A stretch of DNA of 64,000 nucleotides from Deinococcus sp. (GCA_965261005.1 OZ253375.1:1216001-1280000); one strand, 5' to 3'. Shown: positions 29,690 through 41,942, numbered from the stretch's first letter. Notes: a model not told the origin generated them from the letters alone. Translations and numbers: made by a program.

Positions 29690-31567
29690 TTACTGTGGAG
29701 GTTTGACGGCGCTGACCACTTGCTGGTTGGAAAGGTAGATCGAGCCGTCGGGAAAGATGGCCTGGGTGAAGAAGGTGTAATTTCCTTCACCACCAACGCC
29801 GGCGTCCACGACCGAGCTGCTTTGACCGGCCGCTACCTGAGTCTCGTCAAACTTGGTGAAGGTTGACGAGGATGGACCACGCACGAAGAACTCGAGCCGC
29901 GTCCCCGCTGGCATTCCACCCGTAGTCAACGTCACGGTCGTATTGATAAATACGTTTTTAGCACTGGCTGCCAAGGTCACGGGCGAGCCGTTGGGGTCGC
30001 GGGCGATGCGGATGGGCGTTTCTTGAAAGGTGCGGTTGCCGTCCGCATCCTGAGCGATCACGCGCACGGTGTAGTTGCCGTCGGGCAAAGGCGGCGTAGC
30101 GTTGTAATTGAGAGGTAAGGACGTCACGACGTCGGTCGAGCCACCCGTCGCCACAATGTACCGCGAAGGCGTCTTGTCGTCGTCGACAAGCCCGTAAACA
30201 CGAATTTCTACAAACTTCAGTCCGGTGTCATCTGTGGCTTGTGCCGTGACGTAGCCGTTCTTGGAATCCTTGAACACGGCCACCACCCCAGCATTGTTTT
30301 GTTGGGGCGACAAGATCAGCAAGCTGGGGGGCACACGGTTGGTGTTGTTGGTGTTGATGGTGACTTGCCGCGTCACGGTGCTGATTGAGCCGCCACGCTT
30401 CAGCGTAATTTGTGCTTGCAAGAGATAAGTGTCGCTTGCGTACTCGGTGGTATTGAAGCCTTGCGAGGTGGTGTACGTGCCGTCGTTGTTGACGGCCGCG
30501 CCAGCAATAGTTCGGGTAGCAACGATTTTGCCGGTGAAGTCGATCAGGCTGAGCGCGATGTCACCCTGCAAGGTGTACTCGCTGCCCGCGAGCTGCGAGA
30601 TGTTCACCGTCACCGGCACGACGCCCGTCACGGTCGCGGCATTGCCGGGGTTGGTGATGTTGAGCAGCGGCAGCGGCGCGGCGTTGTAGATCGGCAGCGT
30701 GATGGTGTTCGAGGCCGAGGTGGATTTGTCGCTGCCCGTGGCCTGCACCTGCAACTCCAAGTTCACGTTGTTGGGAAACTGCTTGGTGTCCACCGTGAAG
30801 CTGTAGGGCGCCTGGGTCAGCACGGTGGGCAGCAGCACCCGGTTGGGCTGGCCGTTCACGGTCCAGCTCGCCAGCAGTTGCAGCTTGGCGCCGCCCTTCA
30901 CGTCGTCCACCGACACCGGGACGTTCAGCACGTCGCTGTAGCATGAGGGCGCGACCGTGCAGCCGGAGACGGGCGACGGGGTCGGGGTGACGCGCGAGAC
31001 GTCCAGATTCACCTTGGGGGGCGCGAGCGGGACGGCGGGCGTTCCGTCCGTCCCAGGCGCGGCCGTCGCCGCCAGGTTGAAGGTCAGCTTGTTGGAGGTC
31101 CAGCCCACCGAGGTGTTGAACACGTTGCCCGCGAAGCGCACGACCGCCTGTTGGGCGCCCGGATTCTTGGCCAGGAAGTCCGCGAAGAGGTTGGAGCTTT
31201 GGTAGGTGACGGCCACCTTCCGCTCGCCGAGTGTGCCCGCCTGAACACCACAGAAGTAGGTGGCGTTGGCCGCCGCCGCGTCGCAGGTGAAGCCGCTGGG
31301 CACGTCCACGGCCGGCAAATTCACCTCGACGGCCCCAGAGGCGTCGGGCAAGCTGACCAGCGCGCGCTGGACCGTCACGCCCAGCGAGCCTTGCGCGCTG
31401 GTGAAGGTGATGTTCTGCGCGCCGGACGCGGAAGAGGCGTCTGCGGACGTGCTGGCGGCCGTCGCCCGCACGTCCGCCCGACCGCCAAAGGCCGTCGGGT
31501 TGAGACCGCCGTTGCTGCACGACGCGAGCAGCGCGCTGAGGGCCACCACACTGAAAAGCTTGTTCAT
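29690..31567 (-). CDS. Large surface lipoprotein with Ig-like beta domains
   Basis: Lipobox LLASC; Thr/Val/Asn-rich beta repeats (PYSF.VDT..F, DG.YT.RV.AQDADGN). Confidence 0.7.
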   Translation of the reverse strand: MNKLFSVVALSALLASCSNGGLNPTAFGGRADVRATAASTSADASSASGAQNITFTSAQGSLGVTVQRALVSLPDASGAVEVNLPAVDVPSGFTCDAAAANATYFCGVQAGTLGERKVAVTYQSSNLFADFLAKNPGAQQAVVRFAGNVFNTSVGWTSNKLTFNLAATAAPGTDGTPAVPLAPPKVNLDVSRVTPTPSPVSGCTVAPSCYSDVLNVPVSVDDVKGGAKLQLLASWTVNGQPNRVLLPTVLTQAPYSFTVDTKQFPNNVNLELQVQATGSDKSTSASNTITLPIYNAAPLPLLNITNPGNAATVTGVVPVTVNISQLAGSEYTLQGDIALSLIDFTGKIVATRTIAGAAVNNDGTYTTSQGFNTTEYASDTYLLQAQITLKRGGSISTVTRQVTINTNNTNRVPPSLLILSPQQNNAGVVAVFKDSKNGYVTAQATDDTGLKFVEIRVYGLVDDDKTPSRYIVATGGSTDVVTSLPLNYNATPPLPDGNYTVRVIAQDADGNRTFQETPIRIARDPNGSPVTLAASAKNVFINTTVTLTTGGMPAGTRLEFFVRGPSSSTFTKFDETQVAAGQSSSVVDAGVGGEGNYTFFTQAIFPDGSIYLSNQQVVSAVKPPQ

Positions 31568-32298
31568 ACCTGTTCCTCCGGTTCGAGATCCTTGAGATAT
31601 GGATTCAAGATGTAGAAAGCGAGCCGCTTCATGCCCGCCAGAAAGTCAACGTTTTCCACCACCGCGCCCCGCCACTCCTCGGCCAGTTCGGCTTCACCGG
31701 CGCGCTCCCCCCCTCGTTCCCCTACCCGTTCCCCCACCCGTTCCAAGGTGCGCGGCTGAATCACGACGGGGGCAAAATTCAGAATGCCCTTGACGCCGGC
31801 CTCGACCAAGCTCTGCGCCGCGTCCTGGGCCTTGTCGGGGGGCACCGCCAAAAAGCCCATGTCCACCACCCTGGTCCGCGTGAAGTCCCCCAACTCCGAA
31901 ACGTGACGCACCTTGAGGCCACGCACGTCCTTGCCGACGACGCCCGGCGCCACATCGAAGAGGCCCACGTAGCTGAAGGCGTACTCGCTGGCCCCCGGAT
32001 AGTTGGCGATGGCCTCGCCCAAGCGGCCGATGCCCAGGATCACGACGCTCCAAGCCTGGGTCAGGCCCAGCACACGCATCAGCTCACGCCTGAGCATGGG
32101 CACGGTGTAACCCATGCCGCGCGTGCCGAAGCGGCCGAAGTACGCGAGGTCCTTGCGGACCTGAAAGGCGCTCACCTGCGCGCGGTCGGCGAGGTCCCTG
32201 CTGTGGGTGCGCGAGATGTCCTCGGCTTCCAAGTTCTCCAAAATGCGCAGGTAGGTCACCAGGCGCGAGATGGTCGCCGAGGGAATGCCCGAGGTCAT
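31564..32298 (-). CDS. rex: Redox-sensing repressor Rex
   Basis: IP.ATI.RL..YLR, QVRKDLAYFG.FGTRG.GY, G.G.LG.A, GILNFAP. Confidence 0.95.
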   Translation of the reverse strand: MTSGIPSATISRLVTYLRILENLEAEDISRTHSRDLADRAQVSAFQVRKDLAYFGRFGTRGMGYTVPMLRRELMRVLGLTQAWSVVILGIGRLGEAIANYPGASEYAFSYVGLFDVAPGVVGKDVRGLKVRHVSELGDFTRTRVVDMGFLAVPPDKAQDAAQSLVEAGVKGILNFAPVVIQPRTLERVGERVGERGGERAGEAELAEEWRGAVVENVDFLAGMKRLAFYILNPYLKDLEPEEQV

Positions 32299-33291
32299 CT
32301 AGCGAACCCGGAAGTGCTCAAGGCCCATGCCGCTCAGCTTGCCTTCGGCGTTCCCAATCTCGCCGGGACCAAAGGGGCCGACCAACACGCGCACCTGCTG
32401 ACCGGGGGGGGCGTTGACGGTCGGGGAAAAGCCCTCGGCGCGCAGCTTCTCGACCAGCGGCGCGGCATTGTCCTGCCGCGCAAAGGCGCCCACCTGAAGG
32501 TAGCTGTCTGGGGTGGCCGGCTGGGCGGCACTTTGCTGGGCGGCGTCCTGACTGGCCGGCGCCGCGCCCGGCTTGGCCGCGTCTGAGTCACCCGCGTCCG
32601 AAGTGGCGCTGTCTGAAGTGAGAGTGTCCGCGTTCGGCTTGTCCGTCGCCGGCTCGCCCACGGGCGCGTACAGCACCATGCTGGGAAACACGCGCTGAAT
32701 GTCGTCCCGCGCCTTTGTGGCCGTGTCGCGGTCGGCGAAGGGGCCGACTTGGGCCACCACCCCGCTGGCGATGGGGATGATGTGAACGGTGTAGCCCTCG
32801 TCCGCGATGGCGCGGGTGGCCGCCAAGGCCGCCGCCTCGTCCGCGAAGACGCCCGCGCTCAGGCGGTAGTCGGCGCGGGTGGGCGTGTCGGCCCTGCTGG
32901 TGGGCACAGGATTGGTTGACGTGGGGCTGGCTTGGGCGGATTTGGCCGACATGGAATCCGCTGGGGTGGGCGCGGCGCCGGCCGCCTCTTGGCCGGACGC
33001 CCCAACAGACGGCGTGACCACGACGGGCGATCCATCCCCCTGGCCCGCGATGGTGGGCAGTTGGTCGGAAGGCGCCTCAGAGGCCGTGTCGGCGCCGGAC
33101 GGTGCACCCGCTTGTGACTGCGGCGCGCTTTGGACCGTGCTGTTTTGAACCGGGTTGGGCGGCGTGACCCCGCTTGCAGCCCCACCACTCCGCGTCTGGT
33201 CGCCCAGCAGCACGAACGCGAAGCCGCCCAGCAGCGCCACGATCAGCAGCGAGATGACCAGGTCCGGCCAGTGACGACGAAAAAAGGTCAA
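32299..33291 (-). CDS. SPOR-domain membrane protein
   Basis: N-terminal TM, low-complexity linker, two SPOR-like units (QVGPF, YLQVGAF...RVLVGPF). Confidence 0.82.
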   Translation of the reverse strand: MTFFRRHWPDLVISLLIVALLGGFAFVLLGDQTRSGGAASGVTPPNPVQNSTVQSAPQSQAGAPSGADTASEAPSDQLPTIAGQGDGSPVVVTPSVGASGQEAAGAAPTPADSMSAKSAQASPTSTNPVPTSRADTPTRADYRLSAGVFADEAAALAATRAIADEGYTVHIIPIASGVVAQVGPFADRDTATKARDDIQRVFPSMVLYAPVGEPATDKPNADTLTSDSATSDAGDSDAAKPGAAPASQDAAQQSAAQPATPDSYLQVGAFARQDNAAPLVEKLRAEGFSPTVNAPPGQQVRVLVGPFGPGEIGNAEGKLSGMGLEHFRVR

Positions 33292-34799
33292 CGCAGCGCC
33301 TCCTCGGCCTTGGCATACCCCAGACCCAGAGCGGTCTTGAAGGCGGGCTTGGCCTCGGCCTCACGGCCCTGGCTGCGCAGGCTCCAAGCCAAGTTGTACC
33401 AAGCCTCGCCGTTTTTGGGGGCGTCGGCGACCACGCCGCGCAGGGTGGCCTCGGCCTCGGGGTAGCGGCCGGCGGCCAGCAGCGCGGCGCCCAGCGTGGC
33501 GCGCGAGGACAGCGCCGGGTCGGCCTTGACGCTCGCCTCCAGCGCCGCGCTCGCGCCCGCGAAGTCTTTCAGAGCGTACTGGCTCAGGCCCAGCCACAGG
33601 TAGGTGTCTGCCGCCGGCGTCTTGAGGGCCGCCGACTGAAGGGCTTTTGACGCCGCGGCGTAGTTGCCTTGCCGGTAGGCGGCCACCCCCTGCACAAATT
33701 GGGCGCGCGAGGCCGTCGCCGGGTCGGCGGCGTCTTGCAGGGCCAGTCCCGCCGCCGCGCGGGCCGCCGCAAAGTCGCCCAGGGCGAGTTGCACGCTCGC
33801 CAGGTTGGCGCGGTAGAGGGCGTTCTTGGGCGCCTGCTTCACCGCCGACTGCCAAGCGCCAAGGGAAGCTTTGCGGTCGCGCGCGAACAGCTGCTCGCCC
33901 AGCTTGGCCCAGGCCGTGGCGCCGGTCGGGTTGAGCTGCGTGGCCCCGCGCAGCGACTCGATGGCGGCCTTGGCTTGGCCCTGTCCGATGTGCACGTCGG
34001 CCTCGCGCTCCAGCAGCGTGGCGCGCGAGGCGTCCGAGGTCACGGTCTGGACCGCGCCGCTCAGCTCGCGCAGGGCGCGCTCCGGCAATTCCTGCGCCGC
34101 GTAGATGTCGGCGATCAGCAGGGTGGCGCTCACGTTCTGCGGCTCGGCCTGGCGCGCGGCGTAGGCCAGCGGCAGCGCGTCCGGCCCGTTGCCCCCCCGG
34201 AACAGGGCGTCCGCCAAGCGCAGCTTGAGGGCCGCGTCCCCGGGACTCAGCTTGACGGCCTCCCCCAAGGTCGCGCCCAGGGCCGCGAAGTCCCCCTTGC
34301 GCGCCTGTTCCAGGGCCAGCGCGTTCAGAATCTGCGACACGGTCTCGGCGTTCTCCTTGCCGCGCGCCAAGTCGAGGGCTTTCGCGTAGTCGGCGAGGGC
34401 GTCCTCACCGTTCTGCGCGCGGGTGGCGACCACGCCCAGGTTGTAGTAGCCCTCGAAGCGCTCCGGGGCCAGCTTGGTCAGCTGCTCGAACTCGAAGCGG
34501 GCGCCGGTCAAGTCGCCCAGCGCGTAGAGGGTCAGGCCGAGGCCGAAGTGGGCCTCCGGATCGCCGTACTCGGCGGCCACCGCGCCCTCAAAGAGGCGCT
34601 GGGCCGCCCTCAGCTGCCCGGCCTTGAGGGCGGCGCGGGCGGCGTCCAGGCCGGGCGCCGTACTCTGCACCGCCTTTTCTTGGGCCGGCGCCGCCTGAAC
34701 TTGACCCGCCGCAGGCATACCTTGCGCCGAGGCGAGCGTGCCCCAAGCGCTCAGGCACACTAGGGCGCCGGTTATCACGGAATGTTGTTTCTGAGCCAC
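33288..34799 (-). CDS. Secreted tetratricopeptide-repeat protein
   Basis: Signal peptide; repeated TPR units (AHFGLG, YYNLG, AWYNLA). Confidence 0.85.
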   Translation of the reverse strand: MAQKQHSVITGALVCLSAWGTLASAQGMPAAGQVQAAPAQEKAVQSTAPGLDAARAALKAGQLRAAQRLFEGAVAAEYGDPEAHFGLGLTLYALGDLTGARFEFEQLTKLAPERFEGYYNLGVVATRAQNGEDALADYAKALDLARGKENAETVSQILNALALEQARKGDFAALGATLGEAVKLSPGDAALKLRLADALFRGGNGPDALPLAYAARQAEPQNVSATLLIADIYAAQELPERALRELSGAVQTVTSDASRATLLEREADVHIGQGQAKAAIESLRGATQLNPTGATAWAKLGEQLFARDRKASLGAWQSAVKQAPKNALYRANLASVQLALGDFAAARAAAGLALQDAADPATASRAQFVQGVAAYRQGNYAAASKALQSAALKTPAADTYLWLGLSQYALKDFAGASAALEASVKADPALSSRATLGAALLAAGRYPEAEATLRGVVADAPKNGEAWYNLAWSLRSQGREAEAKPAFKTALGLGYAKAEEALR

Positions 34800-34968
34800 C
34801 TGCTCCTCCTGTTGATAGTTCTCACCGCGCCCCGCACGTCTTGACGCTCAACTCCCTCGAAATTCCGGTTGAAATCTCGCGACATGATAACACGCTAAGT
34901 TTTCTTCATGTATTAAAAATACGACGCGGCGGGCTTGCAGGCCCGCCGCGCCAAAACCAGTGAGAAAC

Positions 34969-36015
<1,047 letters not shown>

Positions 36016-36068
36016 TGGGGCAGTGTAAGGCGGCGCGCGGCTCAGCATGGCGGTCCCCAGCACCAAAC

Positions 36069-37145
36069 TCAGCGCGCGGCGAACGCCAGACCGAAGCCCG
36101 TTTTGAGCGTACCACCGACCAGCGAAACGTCCAGGCGCGGCCCCAGCGCGAAGCCAGAAACACGGTAGAGCAGCGCCACCCCCGTTCCGGGCACGCCCGC
36201 CGCGAAGTCGTAGCGCGGCGTGAACTCCAAGTCGAGCGGTCCCAGCGCAAAGCGGCCGGTCGCCGTGAGCAGGCTGACGGGGGCGCGCCGCTCCAGCCAC
36301 AGGTACTCCAAGGTGTACGTGGCGCCCACGAACTGAAGGGGACCGAGCTGCCAAGCGGGCGCAGCTACGATCAACAGGTGCGATACGTGCAGGGGAGTAA
36401 AGGCGAGCGCGGGCAGGGTGGCCGTCCCCGCCACCGCGCGCCCGAAGTGGTCGGCGTGCAGGCGCAGGTTGGGAAGCGCCTGCCAATCCAGGGCGGCGGA
36501 CAGGTCCAGGCTCCCTTGGCCCGAACTGGGAAACGCGTAGAGGCGTCCGGTAGCAAGCAAGAGGGCCGTCCAGGGACCGTCTACCGCCCGGCGCGAAAAG
36601 GTGGCCTCGACGTGCGCGAACCCGGCGGTTCGCCCGGCCTGCTCGCCGTACCCCACTTCGGCCAGCAGGCGGGCGGCCTGGCCCCCTTCAACCCGGCTCT
36701 CGGCGTAGCCCAAGCGGGCCTCGGACAGGCGACCCGCCCCGCGCAGCGCGAAGGCCGCCTGCATCCCGCCCAGCGGGTCATGCACGGCGGCCAGCGTCGG
36801 CACGCCCGAGGTGGCGCCCGCGTCGGCATTCTGAAACACCCCCAGGGCCAGCGAGGTGTCAAGGAGGCGCGTGGCGAGGCCGTACTCACGGTAGGCCGGG
36901 TGGTTGAACAGGTCCAACCGGACATCGGCGCCGGGAACGGGCAGCGGAAGGGCGCGCACGCCGTAATCGGTGAACGTCAGACCGAACTCGGGCGCGCGCG
37001 CCGAGAAGCGGCCGAAGTAGTCCGGCGGAAACAGGGCGGCGAATGGCGCCAAGTTCGGCGGGATCACCTGCGCCGAGGCCATTCCCAGCACCAGCAACAG
37101 GCACCACCACAGCGTTCGCACCGCGCCCAGCTTAGGACCAAACAT
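36069..37145 (-). CDS. Hypothetical exported/outer-membrane protein
   Basis: Signal peptide (…GMASA|Q) and alternating beta-strand pattern. Confidence 0.55.
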   Translation of the reverse strand: MFGPKLGAVRTLWWCLLLVLGMASAQVIPPNLAPFAALFPPDYFGRFSARAPEFGLTFTDYGVRALPLPVPGADVRLDLFNHPAYREYGLATRLLDTSLALGVFQNADAGATSGVPTLAAVHDPLGGMQAAFALRGAGRLSEARLGYAESRVEGGQAARLLAEVGYGEQAGRTAGFAHVEATFSRRAVDGPWTALLLATGRLYAFPSSGQGSLDLSAALDWQALPNLRLHADHFGRAVAGTATLPALAFTPLHVSHLLIVAAPAWQLGPLQFVGATYTLEYLWLERRAPVSLLTATGRFALGPLDLEFTPRYDFAAGVPGTGVALLYRVSGFALGPRLDVSLVGGTLKTGFGLAFAAR

Positions 37146-37200
37146 GAAGTTTTGCGCCCAGCCTTACTTCATCTTGACTGCAACTCTTGACTACTTTTGA

Positions 37201-39504
37201 TTACGCCTTGACGTGAACGACCGTGACACCGTGCCCACCCTCGTACGGCTCGGCGTCGTGAAAGCTCTCCACCCGCTTGTCGGTCTTGAGATAGTCGCGC
37301 AGAATGCGCCGCAGCACGCCCTGCCCCTTGCCGTGGACCACCCGCAAGGGACCCTCACGCAGGGCGGCGGCCTCACCGATGGCGGCGCGCAGCTCCTCGA
37401 CGGCCTCCTCGGCGTGCTGGCCGCGCAGCTGAAGCTCGCGGGCGGCCGGGGCGGGCATGACGCCCGCAAAGGCGCTCACCTTGACCTTTTCCTCCCCGCG
37501 CAGCCGCACATCGCGCCGGCGCACGTTCACCTTGATCACGCCGAGCTGCACCACCAATTCGTCGCCACGCACTTCGAGCACCTGCCCGGAGGCGCCGTAG
37601 GCCGGCACGTCCACGTTGGAGCCGACCTTGAGCGGGTCCCCTTTCAGCTCGATCTGTTTCGGCCGCTCCTGTTGGGAGGCGCGGCGCAGTTGGCGCAGTT
37701 CCTCCAGCACGCGCGGGCGGGCCACGTCCTCGCGGGCGCGGGCGCGCAGGGAGCGCACCTGGTTGAGGGCGTCCTCGTAGACGCCCTCGGCGCGGGCGTG
37801 GGCCTCGGCCAGCAGTTCGCCCCGCTGGCGCTCAAGTTGGGCGCGCTCCTCCCCGGCGCGGATCAACTCGGTTTCGGCGCCGCGCCGGGCCGCCTGGGCG
37901 CCCTCCAGCTCGGCCGCGAGGGCGTCGCGCCCTTGCTCCAGGCTGGCCAGCAGTTCCTCAAGCCGCCCCCCTTCCGGCCCCAGAATGGCCTCGGCGCGTT
38001 CCGTCACGTCCCCCGGCAAACCCAGGCGCCGCGCGATGGCGAGGGCAAAGGAGCGGCCCGGCTGCCCGACCAGCAGGCGGTAGGTGGGGGCCAAGCTGTC
38101 CAGGTCGAAGCCCATCGAGGCGTTCTGCAAGCCCGGCGTATCCTGGGCGAACAGCTTGAGGGGCGCCAGGTGGGAGGTGACCACGCCGCGCGCATTCTGC
38201 CCGAGCAGGCGCTCCAACATCGCCTGCGCGAGGGCCGCCCCCTCGGCCGGGTCGGTGCCGCTGCCGAGTTCGTCAATGAGAACCAGGCTGTCCCGGTCAG
38301 CGCGCGCCAGAATGCGCTCCAAATTGCGCAGGTGGGCCGCGAAGGTGGACAGGCTGGCCTCAATGCTCTGCTCGTCACCGATGTCCACCAAGAGTTCGCG
38401 CGCTATCGGCAGGCGGGCGCGGGCGGCGGCCACGTACATGCCGCATTGGTGCATGGCGACGGCGAGGCCCAGCGTTTTGAGGGTGGCGGTCTTGCCCCCC
38501 ATGTTCGGCCCGGTAATCAGGAGCATCTGGGTTTGCCCTGTTTGGGTGGCGCCCAGGTTGATGTCGTTGGGAAGTGCCCCCTCGATCAGGGGATGGCGCG
38601 CCTCCTCTAGGTGGTAGACGCCGCCCTCGGCCAGCTCGGGGCGGTTGAGGCGCCAATCGCGCGCCAGGGCCGCCTTGGCCGCCACCAGGTCGAGGTCGCC
38701 CAGCGCCAACAGCGTTTCCGGCAAGCCCGGCTCCCCCGCCACCAAGCCCGACAGTTCGAGCAGGATGCGCCGCACCTCGGCCTCCTCCTCCAACTGAAGG
38801 CGGGCCAGCTCGTTGTTGAGGGGCGTGATGGGGGCCGGCTCCACGAAGTAGGTCTGCCCAGTGGCCGAAGCGTCCACCACGATGCCGCGCACCTGATTGA
38901 CGTAAGAAGCCTTGACCGGCAGCACGTAGCGGTCGCGGCGCAACGTGACCAAGTTTTCCTGAAGGGCGTCCCCCCAGCTCGACAGCAGGGCGGTCAGCTT
39001 GTCGCGAATCTCGGCGCGCAGGGGGGAGAGCCGGCGGCGAATCTGGCGCAGCTTGGGGCTGGCCTCGTCGCGGACCTGGCCCTCGCGGTCGAGACTCTCC
39101 AAGGTGCGCCGCACCAAAGCGGTGTGGTCGCCGACGCGGCCGGCCACTGCGCGCAGCGGGCCGCGCGAGCCGGCCATCACGGCGCGGCGCACGGTCATGG
39201 CGGCGTCGAGGCTGTAGGCGACCTCCAAGAGTTCGTTGCCGGGGAGAACCTTCCCCTCGCGGGCGCGCGCGTATGGGTCGCGGATGTCGGTGACGCCGCC
39301 GAGCTGCACGCTGACGCCGAACAGGGCGTCCTCGACCTCGTCGAGTTCGCCCTTTACGCGCGCGGCGTCGTCCGTGGGCATCAGGGCCGCCACCCGCTCG
39401 GCGCCGTAGCGGGTGGCGGCGCGGGCGAAAAGCGCCTCGCGGACGCGCGCGAAGTCCAGGGTGTCGAGGGCGTGTGAATCGAAAGGCACGGGATAGTTTA
39501 TCAA
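37201..39504 (-). CDS. mutS2: Endonuclease MutS2
   Basis: [34 protein letters not shown], Smr domain VHGKG.G.LR. Confidence 0.95.
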   Translation of the reverse strand: MINYPVPFDSHALDTLDFARVREALFARAATRYGAERVAALMPTDDAARVKGELDEVEDALFGVSVQLGGVTDIRDPYARAREGKVLPGNELLEVAYSLDAAMTVRRAVMAGSRGPLRAVAGRVGDHTALVRRTLESLDREGQVRDEASPKLRQIRRRLSPLRAEIRDKLTALLSSWGDALQENLVTLRRDRYVLPVKASYVNQVRGIVVDASATGQTYFVEPAPITPLNNELARLQLEEEAEVRRILLELSGLVAGEPGLPETLLALGDLDLVAAKAALARDWRLNRPELAEGGVYHLEEARHPLIEGALPNDINLGATQTGQTQMLLITGPNMGGKTATLKTLGLAVAMHQCGMYVAAARARLPIARELLVDIGDEQSIEASLSTFAAHLRNLERILARADRDSLVLIDELGSGTDPAEGAALAQAMLERLLGQNARGVVTSHLAPLKLFAQDTPGLQNASMGFDLDSLAPTYRLLVGQPGRSFALAIARRLGLPGDVTERAEAILGPEGGRLEELLASLEQGRDALAAELEGAQAARRGAETELIRAGEERAQLERQRGELLAEAHARAEGVYEDALNQVRSLRARAREDVARPRVLEELRQLRRASQQERPKQIELKGDPLKVGSNVDVPAYGASGQVLEVRGDELVVQLGVIKVNVRRRDVRLRGEEKVKVSAFAGVMPAPAARELQLRGQHAEEAVEELRAAIGEAAALREGPLRVVHGKGQGVLRRILRDYLKTDKRVESFHDAEPYEGGHGVTVVHVKA

Positions 39505-39535
39505 CCCGGCCCGGGTAAACCGTGCGGCGAATGGC

Positions 39536-40126
39536 TTATTGGGCCGGCTTGACCCGTCCCTTCAACAACCACCACACCGACAGCCCCGCGATCAACAACC
39601 CGCCCCCGATCACGTAAGGTTGGGAGCGCGCCCACAGCTCCAGAAAGATCTCGCCGAAGTACCACAGCCCAATTTGCCAGACCGCCACCCACGAGAGGGC
39701 GCCCAGCAAGCTGAACAGGGCGTAGGTGCCAAGGGGCATGCCCGCCGCGCCGGCGTACAAAATGAAGGGCGTGCGAATCAGGCCCAGCCAGCGCGAAAAG
39801 ATCACCACCCAGCCGCCCCAGCGGTCCAGCCAGCGGCGTACCTCCGCGACGCCCATGCCGGCGCGCGCCCGCTCGGGCAACAGCCGCGCGCCGCGCGCCC
39901 CCAGCAGGTAGCCGACCAGGTTGCCCAGCCAGTTGCCGGCCGCGCCCCACACGATGGCTTCCGGCAGCGTCACGCGCCCTTGGTGGATCAGGGCGCCCTC
40001 GGCCAGCCAGACCAGCTCGAAGGGGATGCCCGGCACGCCGACGCCCTCGATGAGCAGCAAGGAGAACAGCACCAAATGGACCCAGATGGGGTCCAGCGCC
40101 CCGAGCCACCCCGTGAAGCCGTCCAC
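39536..40126 (-). CDS. DedA-family membrane protein
   Basis: E..G.PG.P.E, G...GY..G, FSR.L..IR.....AG. Confidence 0.88.
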   Translation of the reverse strand: MDGFTGWLGALDPIWVHLVLFSLLLIEGVGVPGIPFELVWLAEGALIHQGRVTLPEAIVWGAAGNWLGNLVGYLLGARGARLLPERARAGMGVAEVRRWLDRWGGWVVIFSRWLGLIRTPFILYAGAAGMPLGTYALFSLLGALSWVAVWQIGLWYFGEIFLELWARSQPYVIGGGLLIAGLSVWWLLKGRVKPAQ

Positions 40127-40135
40127 GGCGAGGGG

Positions 40136-40840
40136 CTACTTCAGCTTGGCGAGCACGGTCTGGGCGCCGTACACCTGGTCGCCCACGCTCACCTCGAACG
40201 CCACGTCCTCGGTGAACAGGAACAAATCCACCTGCGAGCCGCGCTCGATAAAGGAAACCTTCTGACCGGGGCGCAGCGCGTCGCCGACCTCGATGTAGGT
40301 GCGAATCTTGCTGACGAACTTGTCGGCGATCTCGACCATCGCCACTTTGGCGCGGCCCTCCACGAAGACCGTCTGGCGCTCGTTCTCCAGCGCGTAGCGC
40401 TTGCCGAACAGGTCCACCGCCCGCCGCAGCCAGGTCAGCTGCACGTATTCCCAAAGGTCCACCATCGGCAGGTTGAGCTTGGCGCCGGTGTGCTCGATGG
40501 CCGTGACCTTGCCGGCCAGGGGCGCGTAGTTGAAGTGAACGTCGAGGGGACTCATGTAGATGCCGATCAGCCAGCCGCGGCCGGGCGCGACTCCCGCCGG
40601 CCAATCGGCGTGGGTAATCTCACGCACGCTGATCTTCTGGCCCAGCTTCTCGGATTCAATCGCGCCGTCCTCGACGCGGCGGATGTACACGACCTGGCCG
40701 TCGCAGGGGCTGACCACCAAGTTCGGGTCCTGGGGCGAGACGCGCACGGGATCGCGGTAAAACCACACCCGCTGCAAAAACAACACCACCGCGCCCCAGA
40801 TCAGCGCGATGGGAACCAAAACACGCAGAAAACGTCGCAT
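40136..40840 (-). CDS. psd: Phosphatidylserine decarboxylase-like proenzyme
   Basis: FYRDP.R, SPCDG.V, IYMSPLDVH.N.AP..G, NER, RGSQVD self-cleavage motif. Confidence 0.82.
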   Translation of the reverse strand: MRRFLRVLVPIALIWGAVVLFLQRVWFYRDPVRVSPQDPNLVVSPCDGQVVYIRRVEDGAIESEKLGQKISVREITHADWPAGVAPGRGWLIGIYMSPLDVHFNYAPLAGKVTAIEHTGAKLNLPMVDLWEYVQLTWLRRAVDLFGKRYALENERQTVFVEGRAKVAMVEIADKFVSKIRTYIEVGDALRPGQKVSFIERGSQVDLFLFTEDVAFEVSVGDQVYGAQTVLAKLK

Positions 40841-40862
40841 GCGGCAGTATACCCCGGCGGTC

Positions 40863-41942
40863 TTATACCTCCGGGCGCCAAGCCTCCTCATTGCTGGCCG
40901 CGTTGTCGGCCGTCCCTTCCCGCTCGGAACCGAAGACGTTTTTGCTTCGAGGCGGCGCGCCGTGGTGCTCGCGCCACCCCTTGTAGGCGATGTAGGGCAG
41001 CTTGGGCGCGTAGTAGAGCGCGAGGCCGGCGGCGCCGCGCCAGCGCGCCGGTCTTCCGTCGGGGGTCGCGGAGGGCGCGAAGGTGCCGTGGCGGTAAGCG
41101 CCGTCGAGGGAGCGCCACACCGCGCCGGCGCCGTCGCGCTCAGCCGTATCCGCCAGGCGGTCCGCCCCGGTCCGCTCCACCCACCTCAACTCGAAGCCGG
41201 TCAGGTCGTGCAGTTCCAGGGCGAGGTCGCGCACCGCCGGCGTCAAGCCTTCACGTGGGTAGACCTCGCGCAGCTTGTTGTAGGCGCCCGAGTCGAAGGG
41301 CAGGTCGCGCTTCAGGCCGGCCAGGCGCCACGCCGCGTCCACGATGGCGTGCAGCCGGGCGCGCTCCCACACCGGGTCGAGGGCGCGCAGCTCCAGGGTG
41401 CCCAGTCGGCGCGTCACGATCAAATCCTGAAAGCGGTGGAGGGGGTCGGCGCGCAGTGGGCCGAGGGCGAAGGAGGCGTGCAGGCGGTAGCTCTGCCCGT
41501 AGCGCGTGAGGCCCTTCCACGGCGACGAGGCGCTGGCGAGCACCAGCACCGGCAGAAAGCGCGCGATATTGCGGTAAGCCCGCTCGCGCTGCCCCGGCGC
41601 CACGCCCAAGTGCAGGTGCAGCCCGGCGGTATTGTACGGGTCGTCCTGGGTCAACATGCCGACCGGCGCGATCAAACCGCGCCGCGTCGCCGCCGCCAAC
41701 TCGGCGCGGCGCACAAAGACCTCGTCGAGCAGCGATTCTGGGGTGGCGTGGACCCCGGTCGAGATTTCCACCGTGCTCATCAGCCCCGGCAGCTTGCGGG
41801 TGAAGTTGGAGGCGGTGCCGCCGACGTTGCGCTTGGGGTCGCGCCACAACAGGCGGGCGAGGTCGAGCAGGCTGGCCGTCGAGGGCTGGCCCCCAAACAG
41901 CACGAACACCTCCTCCTCCAGGCCCAACGTCGGCGGGGTCAT
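40863..41942 (-). CDS. Glutamate-cysteine ligase family 2 (GCS2)-like carboxylate-amine ligase
   Basis: TLGLEEE, VEISTG, GLHLHLG, SASSP, GTLELRALD; TACACT -10 box 6 nt upstream. Confidence 0.8.
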   Translation of the reverse strand: MTPPTLGLEEEVFVLFGGQPSTASLLDLARLLWRDPKRNVGGTASNFTRKLPGLMSTVEISTGVHATPESLLDEVFVRRAELAAATRRGLIAPVGMLTQDDPYNTAGLHLHLGVAPGQRERAYRNIARFLPVLVLASASSPWKGLTRYGQSYRLHASFALGPLRADPLHRFQDLIVTRRLGTLELRALDPVWERARLHAIVDAAWRLAGLKRDLPFDSGAYNKLREVYPREGLTPAVRDLALELHDLTGFELRWVERTGADRLADTAERDGAGAVWRSLDGAYRHGTFAPSATPDGRPARWRGAAGLALYYAPKLPYIAYKGWREHHGAPPRSKNVFGSEREGTADNAASNEEAWRPEV

